This document shows positions 47,136 through 58,925 of a DNA stretch of 64,000 nt, in pieces. Position 1 is the stretch's first letter. The number at the start of each line of letters is the position of its first letter. Origin of the DNA: Mobula hypostoma (taxonomy: Eukaryota). The position numbers were made by a program, and so were the translations under genes. Under the pieces are notes generated by a model that saw only the letters and a program-made list of their open reading frames with translations, ran no database searches and was not told where the DNA came from. The stretch spans positions 14,446,001 through 14,510,000 of the forward strand of contig NC_086108.1 of NCBI RefSeq assembly GCF_963921235.1, given 5' to 3'.

Positions 47136-49246
47136 TAGTCATAGTCATAGTCATACTTTATTGATCCCGGAGGAAATTGGTTTTCGTTACAGTTGCACCA
47201 TAAATTATAAATAGTAATAGAACCATAAATAGTTAAATAGTAATATGTAAATTATGCCAGTAAATTATGAAATAAGTCCAGGACCAGCCTATTGGCTCAG
47301 AGTGTCTGACCCTCCGAGGGAGGAGTTGTAAAGTTTGATGGCCACAGGCAGGAATGACTTCCTATGACGCTCTGTGCTGCATCTCAGTGGAATGAGTCTC
47401 TGACTGAATGTACTCCTGTGCCCACCCTGTACATTATGTAGTGGATGGGAGACATTGACCAAGATGGCATGCAACTTAGACAGCATCCTCTTTTCAGACA
47501 CCACTGTCAGAGAGTCCAGTTCCATCCCCACAACATCACTGGCCTTACAAATGAGTTTGTTGATTCTGTTGGTGTGCTGCCCTCAGCCTTCTGCCCCAGC
47601 ACACAACAGCAAACATGATAGCACTGGCCACCACAGACTTGTAGAACATCCTCAGCATCGTCCGGCAGATGTTAAAGGACCCCAGTCTCCTCAGGAAATA
47701 GGGACGACTCTGACCCTTCTTGTAGACAGCCTCAGTGTTCTTTGACCAGTCCAGTTTATTGTCAATTCATATCCCCAGGTATTTGTAATCCTCCACCATG
47801 TCCACACTGACCCCCCTGGATGGAAACAGGGGTCACCGGTACCTTAGCTCTCCTCAGGTCTACCACCAGCTCCTTAGTCTTTATCACATTAAGCTGCAGA
47901 TAATTCTGCTCACACCACGTGACAAAGTTTCCTACCGTAGCCCTGTACTCAGCCTCATCTCACTTGCTGATGCATCCAACTATGGCAGAGTCATCCGAAA
48001 ACTTCTGAAGATGTCAAGACTCTGTGCAGTAGTTGAAGTCCGAGATGTAAATGGTGAAGAGAAAGGGAGACAAGACAGTCCCCTGTGGAGCCCCAGTGCT
48101 GCTGATCTCTCTGTCGGACACACAGTGTTGCAAGCACACGTACTGTGGTCTGTCAGTCAGGTAATCAAGAATCCATGATACCAGGGAAGCATCCACCTGC
48201 ATCGCTGTCAGCTTCTCCCCCAGCAGAGCAGGGCGGATGGTGTTGAACGCACTGGAGAAGTCAAAAAACATGACCCTCACAGTGCTCGCTGGCTTGTCCA
48301 GGTGGTCGTAGACATGGTTCAGCAGGTAGACTATGGCATCCTGAACTCCTAGTCGGGGCTGGTAGGCGAACTGGAGGGGATCTAAGTGTGGCCTCACCAT
48401 TGGCTGGAGCAGCTCCAGAACAAGTCTCTCCAGGGTCTTCATGATGTGGGAGATCAATGTCACCGGTCTGTAGTCATTGAGGCCGCTGGGGCGCGGCGTC
48501 TTCGGTACAGGGACGAGGCAGGATGTCTTCCACAGTACAGGAACCCTCTAGAGCCTCAGGCTCATGTTGAATACATGGCGAAGTACTCCACATAGCTGAG
48601 GGGTACAGGCTTTGAGCACCCTGGTACTGACACCATCCGGTCCTGTAGCCTTGCTTGGGTTGAGACGTTTCAGCTGTCTTCTCACCTGTTCAGCTGTGAA
48701 GCCCACTGTGGCGGTTTCGTGTGGGGAAGGGGTATAGTCATGAGAGCAGGGTGGGGGACTGTGAGGAGGGGTAGGAGGGGAGAGTGGAATATGTGTTGGT
48801 TGGGGGCCGACAACAGATGGCTCATGTGGGGGATGGGCAGGGGCCACAATGTCAAATCTGTTAAAGAGCAGGTTAAGTTCATTGGCCCTGTCCACACTGC
48901 CTTCAGCTCCTCTGTTGCTAGTTTGCTGGAACCCAGTGATGGTCCTCATCCCCCTCCAGACCTCTCTCATGTTGTTCTGCTGGAGTTTCCACTCAAGCTT
49001 CCTCCTGTACCTGTCTTTAATCTCCCTGATCCTAGCTTTCAGGTCCCTCTGTATTGCCTTCAGCTCCTCCCTATTTCCATCTCTAAACGCCCTCTTCTTA
49101 GCGTTCAGGATGTCCTTAATGTCCTTTGTCACCCATGGCTTGTTATTTGAATAACAAAGGACAGTTCTTGTCGGAACATTGCAGTCCACACAGAAGTTGA
49201 TGTAATCAGTGATGCGCTCTGTGAGCCCATCAATATCCTCTCCATG
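47136..49246 (-). mobile_element. Young 5'-truncated Rex1/Babar LINE inserted into a V-SINE (SINE halves at about 47058-47135 and 49247-49450)
   Basis: ORFs 48548-49189 and 48014-48463 (NNKPWVT, KATGPDG, LDPLQFAY, FFDFSSAFNTI, GAPQGTVLSPFLF); (tgacta)n tail. Confidence 0.9.
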
Positions 49247-52200
49247 TTCTACGTTCTCCCCATGACTGCGTGGTTTTCCTCCAGATGCTCTGGTTTCTAC
49301 CCACGTCCAAAGACGTACCAGTTGGTAGGTTAATTGGTCATTGTAAATTGTCCTGTGATTAGGCTAGGGTTAACTCAGGGATTGCTAGGTGGCACGGCTC
49401 GAAAGGCCAGAACGGTCTTCGCTGTACTGCATCTCAATGAAATAAAATTTATTTGATACTGGTTTATTATTGTAATGTACTGAAATACAGTGAAAAGCCT
49501 GCATTTAGTGCATTTCCCTCTAAACTTTTCCAGTCCATGCACCTGTCCAAATGTCTTTTAAATATTGTAATTGTACCCATGTCCACTACTTCCTCTGGCA
49601 GTGTATTGCACACACAGTACCCATCACTCCCTATATGAAAAGGTTGTTTGTCCTCTTTTCATGTCTTTCCCTCTCACACTAAATCTATGCCCTCTCGTTT
49701 TAGACCCTCCCCAACTTCTATAAAGTCACTCTTAAGCTTCTTATGCTCCAAGGATAACAGCCCCAGCCTATCCTGTTTCTCCGTACAACTCAAGCCCTTC
49801 AGTCCCAGCAACATCTGTGTGAAATCTTCCAACACCCTCTCTAGTGTACTCACATCCTTCCTAAAGTATGGCGACCAGAACTGCATAACATATTCTATGT
49901 AAGGACTTACCAATGGCCTACACAGCTGTAACATGGTGTTTCAACTAGAACATAGAATATAGAACAGTACAGCACAGGAACAGGGTCTTCAGCCCACGGT
50001 GTGTATGCTAAACAGGATGGCAAATCAATCTAATCTGTTCTGCCTGCAAATCATCCATACCCCTCCATTCACGTGGCTGTCTAAAATCCTTTTGAACTCC
50101 ATTATCCTATCTCCTGTCACTGTTACCACCCCTGATAGCTTATTCCAGACACCCACCATCTTCTGTGTGTTTAAATAGGAAAAAATAAATCAAATCTAGC
50201 CTGCATATCCCCTTTAAATTTTCTGCCTCTCAGCTCAAAACTATGCCCTCTAGTATTCAGTATTTCTTCTCTGGGGAAAAAAATGTCAACCCTATCTATG
50301 CCCCTCACAGATTTACAAACTTCAGTCGTGTCTCCCCTCAACATACAATGCTCCAGAGAAAACAACCAAAGTCTGCTTTTGGAGCTGATCCTATCTAATC
50401 CTTTCTACTTACTTGTGGTGCCACTTTCGAGGAGGTGAGGACTGGAACACAAGATCCCTTTGTTCAGGGTCCTGCATTAATTGTATAAATTCCCCTTAGA
50501 TTTGACTTCCCAAAGTGCAGCAGTTTGCACTTGCCCAAATAAAACTCCATCTGCTATTTCTCTGCCCATAATTGTAATTGATCTATACCGTGTAATATCC
50601 TTTAATGATGTTCTGTGTTATCCACAGTGACACCAATTTTTGCATTATCTACAAATTTACAAACTAACCCATCTACACTTTTGTTAAGTCATTTATATAT
50701 ACATCACAAACAAAGGAGTTACAATGGCTGATCATGTCTGAACTCCACTGGTCTCAGACCTTCAGGCAAAATAACCTCCATTTTCCTTCTTAAACAAAGG
50801 AACAACATTAGCTACTCTCCACTCTTCCAGGACTTTGTGGCTAGAGAGGGCATGAAGATCATGGTGAAGGACCCATCTCTTGCCTCTCTCTGTTCCCTAT
50901 TCTTTAAGAGATCCAGTACTGCTTCCTTCTTGATATCAAAATGCCCTGGCTTAAACCTAACCCACACTGCTCTTACTATCTCCCATGTTGTTCTCCTTCA
51001 TGAATACCAACACAAGGCACTCGTTTAGTACTTGTGCTTGTATAAATCTTTTAAATGTTGTAAATATACCTCCTTACCCACCACTTTTGACAGCACATTC
51101 CATATACTCACCAAACTCATACCTATCCTTGGGAAAGAGACTTGCCCTCTCTAAGGTTACCACTGAACCTCCTATGCTTCAGAGAAATGATCCGACCTGC
51201 ACAGTGTCTTCTTACAACTCGAGCACTCTCGTCCTAATAACATCCTTGGGAATTTTTTCTGCACCCTTTGCAGTCTACTGACATCCATCCTAAAGCTGGG
51301 CGACCAGAGCTGTGCACAGTTTTCCAAGTATGGTCTCACTAACGACATTTATATTTGCAACTTGACATTCCAAGTCTTGTACTCCTGCCCAGACTGACAA
51401 TGATAGGTGTGCCACATGTCTCCTTCATCACCCTCTCTACCTAATGTCCCCACTTTCTGGGAACTATGCACATGTATGCCTAGGTCTCTCTGTTCTACAA
51501 CATCATCCAGAGCCCTGTCCTTTACTGTACTCCAAGGAACATTGGAACATATGCCAACACACAGATAAAGGCAACAGGGCAAGTCAGTGAGATAGTTAAA
51601 AGACACACAGGATGTTCTTTTTTAGCTAAGGCACAGCATAAAAGACCAGAGAGGGTATCAGCAGAGATACGAGTTAAATGAAATCTTGAGCAGTTTCTCA
51701 TCACTACCTACCTAGAAAGATGCCTTTGATTTGCAGAAGTACAAGGGAGATTAATGAGGATATTGCCAGGACTGCTAAATTGTAGCAATCAGGAAAGATT
51801 GGATAGGCTGGGGTTCTTTCTTTGCAACAGAGAAGACTAAGTGAAAACATTACTGAGCTGTGTGAAGTTATAAAGAATGTCAATATTCTAAATGGGAAAG
51901 ATCTTTTTCCCTTGGTGGTATAATCAAAAGCTAGGCCACATGGGTTTCAAGTAACTGATGGGAGCGGGTGGGAGGTGAGTAAGTTCTTCGGCTGTAGAGT
52001 TGCAGGGGTCTGGAATCCACTACCTGAAAGGATGATGGAGGCAGAAATTTCATCACATTTCCACAGCCCCTGGATGGGCTATGACTGCAAACCATGAAGC
52101 CACTGGTTACACTGGAAACCTTGATTATGACCGGCAAAGATACAGTGAGCCAGTTGGCGACATAAGTTGCAAGTTTTCTATGATATCTGACACCAAGTTG

Positions 52201-52689
52201 GAACTCACCGTTTTTCACTTGCTCCCATTGCTTATGGACTGGAATTTCTCCTTGTGAACCAAGAGAATATTGGCCCATTGTTCCTCGGCCCCTGCCCTAA
52301 GCCTACTTCTAAATCACCTTCTTTAGTGACCTGTCAGATCCTGGTGTGAGTATTCTACCTTCACCCATCACAAGGCAACAGTACATCAGGGGAACAGGCC
52401 TTTCAGCCAACAAAGTTGTGCCAAACTAATTGAACAAGTACTTAATTTGCTAAACTAATCCTTTCAGCCTACACAAAGTCCATATCCCTCATTTCTTTGC
52501 ACATCCATATGCCAACGGAAGAGCCACTTAAGCACCTCTGTTGCATTTGCCTCCACCACAGCACATTCCAGGCCCCTACCACTCACCCACAAATCTCCTT
52601 TCATGTTAACCCCTCTTACCTTAAGTGTCTACCCTCTATTATTAGATATACCAACCCTGGGAAAAAGACACCAGCTGTCTATCTGTATT

Positions 52690-53240
52690 CGGTGGTACCT
52701 CATGTACTTAATGAAGTGGCTAATGAGTGCATGTTCATGATCTTCTGCTGCTGTTGCCTATCCACTTCAAGGTTCGATACGTTGTGCGTTCAGAGATACT
52801 CTTCTGCATACCACTGTTGTAAAGCGTGTTTATTTAAGTTACTGTCACCTTCCTGTCAGCTTGAACCAGTCTGGCCATTCTCGTCTGATCTCTCTCATTA
52901 AGAATTTTTTTTTCATTCCACAAAACTGCTGCTTACCAGATGATTTTTTTATTTTTCACACCATTCTCTGTAAATTCTAGAGTCTGTAATACAAGAAAAT
53001 CCTAGGAGATCAGCAGTTTGAGATACCCAAGCTACCTCATCTGGCACCAACAGTCATTCCATGGTCAACATAATTTATATCATATTTTTTCTCCATTCTG
53101 ATGTTTGGTCTGAGCAACAACTATACCTCTTGACCAAATCTGCATATTTTTATGAATTGAATTGCTGCCACATGATTGGCTGATCACATATTTGCAAAAC
53201 GAGCGTGTGTACCTAAAAAAAAGTAGCCATTATATACATA
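52690..53240 (-). mobile_element. Second decayed copy of the Tc1-like element at 11647-12135
   Basis: Collinear similarity (actgttgccttcctgtcagcttgaa..., ttgctgccaca.tgattggctgat, gtgtacctaa). Confidence 0.7.
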
Positions 53241-53460
53241 TCTAATCTTATCACCCTCCATCAGGCCTCCCATCAGCCTGTGCCACTCCAAAGAAAACAA
53301 CCCAATTTTGGCCACCTTCTCTCTAATCCAGACAGCTTCCTGGTAAACCTCTTCTGTACCCTCTCCAAAGCCTCCACATCCTTTTGACAATGCAGTGACC
53401 AGAATTGAATGCAATACTTTATGTGTGGTCAAACCAGAGTTTTCAAGCTGGTACATAACT

Positions 53461-53965
53461 TGTGGTGGCCAGTGCAATCATGTTTGCTGTTGTGTGCTGG
53501 GGCAGCAGGCTAAGGGTAGCAGACACTAACAGAATCAACAAACTCATTCGTAAGGCCAGTGATGTTGTGGGGATGGAACTGGACTCTCTCACGGTGGTGT
53601 CTGAAAAGAGGATGCAGTCTAATTGCATGCCATCTTGGTCAATGTCTCCCATCCACTACATAATGTACTGGTTGGGCACAGGAGTACATTCAGCCAGAGA
53701 CTCATTCCACCGAGATGCAACACAGAGCGTCATAGGAAGTCATTCCTGCCTGTGGCCATCAAACTTTACAACTCCTCCCTTGGAGGGTCAGACACCCTGA
53801 GCCAATAGGCTGGTCCTGGACTTATTTCAGAATTTACTGGCATAATTTACATATTACTATTTAACTACTTATGGTTCTATTACTATTTATTATTTATGGT
53901 GCAACTGTAATGAAAACCAATTTCCCCCGGGATCAGTATAAAGTATGACTATGACTATGACTATG
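53461..53965 (+). mobile_element. Rex1/Babar LINE 3' end, same family as 47136
   Basis: VASAIMFAVVCWG...SFLPVAIKLYN; tail (tgacta)n. Confidence 0.88.
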
Positions 53966-54801
53966 AAAATCTTGATTCTTGAACTCATTGATAACTAATA
54001 ATGACAAGTCATACACAAATTTGTTTACACTGCAATGTTAACCAATAAAAATTTTAATTTTGTTGTCTCTGAGTCGAATACTCCAGGCTGACTGCCCCCA
54101 CTTTATTGAAACATATCAAGCCCATTAATTTATCTACCCTATACATTGACACCTTGTTCAGCAGCACGTGAGCTTTAAATATCAACTCCCATTCTCAGCC
54201 ATCCATCCTCTTGCCCCTTATTGTTTCTTCAATCTCCTACAACTTGCTATAACTTTATCGCAATGGTCCAAGATATTTGTGCTCCCATTAGCGTGTCAAG
54301 AATAATTTCCCTCCTTCGCAACCTGTTATCTTTACCTTTTATTGTTATAGACACATACAAGCTTTGCACTCTCAAAATTTCGCTTTTGAAGGCCTCCTAC
54401 TTCCTAAGTACACCTTATCAGGCAAATCCTTCTTTTTAAATCTTTTTATTGAATAAGTACACAGAAGGTAAGCCATATAGGCACTAATACACTGTTAGAA
54501 TATAATATATTACAGGAAATATTAATACAGAAAAAAATTAATACAAACAGTGCAATTTAAACATAAAATAACAAGGTAATATAATAGTATACCAATTTTT
54601 ATATATATCAATAGAAAAAGAAAAAAAAAAACCCCAAAAAAACCCACCGTGCAACTAAACTAAAAGCAAAGCAAAGCAATGAGCTATCTCGGAAACAAGT
54701 AGAGTTAAAGTACTTAAAATCACGTCCTCAAACCCGACCTCCATTAATAACAGTTTAAAAAAAAAAGAAGGGAATATAAATATAGACCGAGAGAAAAAAA
54801 A

Positions 54802-57800
54802 TTACATTAAATGAAAATGTTGAATAAAAGATCTCCAGATCTGATCGAATTTAACTGAAGAATCATAAAGATTACTTCTAATTTTCTCCAAATTTAAACA
54901 TAATATCGTCTGAGAAAACCAAAAAAACGTAGTTGGAGCATTAGTCTCTTTCCAATGTTGTAAAATACATCTATTCGCCATTAAAGTAAGAAATGCAATC
55001 ATTCTACGGGCTGAAGGAGAAAGATTACTGGAAATTTTAGGTAATCCAAAGATAGCAGTAATAGGATGAGGAGAGATATCTATATTCAATACCTTTGAGA
55101 TAATATTAAAAATGTCTCTCCAAAAAGTTTCCAGAGTAGGACAGGACCAAAACATATGAGTTAAAGAGGCTATCTGCCCCTGACATCTATCACAAAAAGG
55201 ATTAATATGAGAATAGAAACGAGCTAATTTATCTTTGGACATATGTGCTCTATGGACAACTTTAAATTGAATTAGGGAATGTTTAGCACAGATAGAGGAA
55301 GTATTGACTAATTGTAAAATCTGCACCCAGTCATCCGCCGAAAGAATAAAACCCAATTCCTGTTCCCAATCTGACCTAATCTTATCAAATGGGGCTTTCC
55401 TAAGTTTCATAATAATATTATAAATAATAGCCGTTGCACCTTTCTGACATGGATTAAGGTTAATTATAGTATCTAAAGTATATGTAGGAGGGAGCATTGG
55501 AAAGGAAGAAAGTATAGTACTTAGGAAATTTCTAACTTGGAGATATCTAAAAAAATGTATTCTTGGTAAACTATATTTATTAGATAATTGTTCAAAAGAC
55601 ATAAGGGAACCATTTAAAAATAAATCCAAAAACCGTGAAATACCCTTAGTCTTCCAAATTTGAAAAGCACGATCCGTGAAAGAGGGAGGAAAAAATATGT
55701 TACCTAAAATAGGGATCGCTAGCCCAAATTGGTTAAGATCAAAAAATTTTCTGAATTGAAACCAAATACGTAAGGTATATTTAACTATCGGGTTACAGAC
55801 CTGTTTGTAACGTTTCAAATCAAAAGGAGGAGAAGAACCTAAAATAGAGCCAAGTGCATAACCTTGAGTAGATTGTAATTCCAATGCTACCCATTTAGGA
55901 ATGGATAGTGTATCCTGGTCAAGTAACCAAAATTTCATGTGTCGAATATTAATTGCCCAATAATAGAATCTAAGTTAGGTAATGCTAAACTTCCATCTCT
56001 CTTAGCTTTCTGTAAATGTATTTTACCCAGTCTCGGGTTTTTATTTTGCCAAATAAATGAAGAGATTTTAGAGTCAACTTTATCAAAAAAAGATTTTGGA
56101 ACAAAAATCAGTAATGCCTGAAATATATATAAAAATTTTGGCAGAATAAACATCTTAACTGCATTAATACGATCGATCAAAGTTAAATATAATGGAGACC
56201 ATTTAAATGAAAGTTGAGTAATATGATCAATTAAGGGTAAAAAATTAGTCTTAAATAGATCTTTGTGTTTACAAGTAATTTTAATCCCAAGATATGAAAA
56301 ATAATTATTAATCAGTTTAAACGGAAGGTTATGATACAAGGGAAGTTGCTTATTAATTGGGAAAAGTTCACTCTTACTGAGATTTAACTTGTAACCGGAA
56401 AAGAGACTAAATTGTGCTAATAAATCTAAAGCAGCAGGGATAGCTTTTTGAGGATTAGAAATATATAAAAGTAAGTCATCAGCATAAAGTGATACTTTAT
56501 GAGACTTTAAGCCCCAAGTTATCCCAATAATATTTGGAGATTCTCAAATAGCAATTGCAAGAGATTCTAATGCAATGTCAAATAATAAAGGACTAAGAGG
56601 ACAATCTTGTCTAGTAACTCGAGAAAGAGGAAAAAAGGGTGAACTTAAAGAGTTAGTACGAATTGAGGCCATAGGAGAATGATATAACAATTTAATCCAG
56701 GATATAAATTTCAAGCTAAAATTAAACATTTCGAGCACCTTAAATAAGTAAAGCCATTCTACTCTGTCAAAGGCTTTTTCAGCATCTAAAGAAATAACGC
56801 ACTCAGGAACATTTTGTGAAGGAGTATAGACAATATTTAAGAGTGTGCGAATGTTATAGAAAGAGTAACGACCTTTAATAAAACCCGTTTGATCTTCCGA
56901 AATAATATAAGGAAGTGCTTTTTCTAATCTGTTTGCTAATAATTTAGAAAAAATTTTAGAATCAACATTTAATAAAGATATTGGTCTATAAGATGCACAT
57001 TGAGCAGGATCTTTATCCTTCTTTAATATTAGAGAAATTGACGCTCTATAGAAGGATTCGGGAAGTTTACCAAGTTTTAATGAAGCCTCCAGAACCCTAA
57101 AAAACCAGGGGATTACTGAAGGTGCAAAAAATTTATAAAATTCCGCAGTAAACCCATCAGGGCCAGGAGCTTTCCCCAGGTTCATAGAAAAGATAACATG
57201 CTTAATCTCATCAGTGGTAATGGGAGTATCTGGCATAGAGGATATATCCTGTAAAATCTTAGGGAATTCTAGGTTATCTAAAAAGTCATTCATATATTTA
57301 GAGTCTCGTAAGGACTCTGATTGATATAAGGAGGAATAAAAATCAAAAAAGGCTTGATTAATCTCAGCATTATCAAGTATCAGTTGATCATTTTGATTAT
57401 AAATCTGATTAATTTGAAATTTAGTATAATTAGTCTTCAACTGATTAGCCAACAGTTTACCAACTTTGTCACTATGTACATAAAATTCACTTCTTGTTTT
57501 CTTTAATTGATTTACAACGAAGGATGAAAGTAATAAACTGTGTTCCATTTGAAGTTCAGTTCTTTGTTTATACAGCTCCTCAGAGGGAGCTGTAACATAT
57601 TTCTTATCAATTTCTTTAATCTTGTCCACAATAACCAGCTCCCCCTGCTTCAGCTTCTTCCTCAAAGCAGCAGAATACCAGATAATCTGACCACGAATAT
57701 AAGCTTTAAAAGTATCCCAAAGGATGTTCATAGAAATAGCTTCTGTATAGTTGGTTGTAAGAAAAAGATCGATCTGTTCATTCATAAGGTTAACAAAATC

Positions 57801-58575
57801 CGAGTCCTGAAGCAACAGCGAATTGAAACGCCATTGTCTATTATTTTGTGTATTGGCCTGAATTTTAATAGAAAGCTTAAGTGGAGCATGATCTGAAATG
57901 GCTACAGAGTCATAATCACATTTAACCACTGAAGAAATAAGACGAGAGTCAATAAAAAAATAATCAATTCTTGAATAGGAATGGTGAACATGTGAAAAAA
58001 AAGAAAAATTTTTTCCTGAGGATGCAAAAAATGCCAAATGTCCGTCAACCCAGAATCAGAGAGGAATGAGTTAATCAAAGTTGCAGATTTATTGAGTAAG
58101 GTCCGTAAAGGAGCCGAACGGTCCAAAACTGGAGATAACAAGTATTAAGATCTCCGCCCCAGATTAGTGAAAACTCATTCAAATTCGGGAACAGATTAAG
58201 TAGTGATTTATAAAATTCCGGACAGTCCATATTGGGAGCATAAATGTTAATGAAAACTACCTTTTTATTAAAGAGTAGACCACTAACCAATAAAAATCTA
58301 CCATTCGGATCAGAAATAATATCATGTTGTACAAAAGTAACTGAGGGGTCTATAAAAATAGAGACACCTCGAATCTTAATGTTCGAGTTCGAATGAAACT
58401 GTTCATCCTTCCAAAATTTAAAAAAACGTAGTCTGTCGCCCCTCCACACATGGGTCTCTTGTAAAAATAGAATATGTGCTTTAAGTCTCCGGAATACTTT
58501 AAAAACTTTTTTCCTTTTAATTGGATGATTAAGACCGTTAGTATTCCAAGAGACAAAATTAATAATAGACTCCAT
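54802..58575 (-). pseudogene. L1 ORF2 (APE endonuclease, RT, C-terminal Cys domain) with several frameshifts
   Basis: SWNTNGLN..QETH, NIYAPN, GGDLN, SRIDY, SDHAP, KAPGPDGF, YRPISLLN, SLDAEKAFDRV, YADD, CDRC..HMFWSC. Confidence 0.93.
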
Positions 58576-58925
58576 AAACCCTAAAGTCAACCCACAAAAA
58601 AGAGGATTGACAATAGGTTTGACCCACGAACCCGGAAAGGGAACAGAACAAACAAGAGATAACGGGAAGGAGAACGCAACCAATGCTTCAGTAATGTAAA
58701 TAGCCCAAGAAGAAAAAAACTAAAAAGTGAAGCCCCTCCCACCACCCCCCACCCCATGACCCCAAAGCTAAATCTAAAGCAGACCAGCCAGAAAGAAGCA
58801 AGCACTAAGACTACCCCCATGACTTCCGATAGACGCTCACTACAAAAAAGTGTAAGTATAAAAAAATCAGCTAAAGTTATAAAACAGTTAAGGAATAAAA
58901 AAAAGTAGACCAATTAAGACAAACA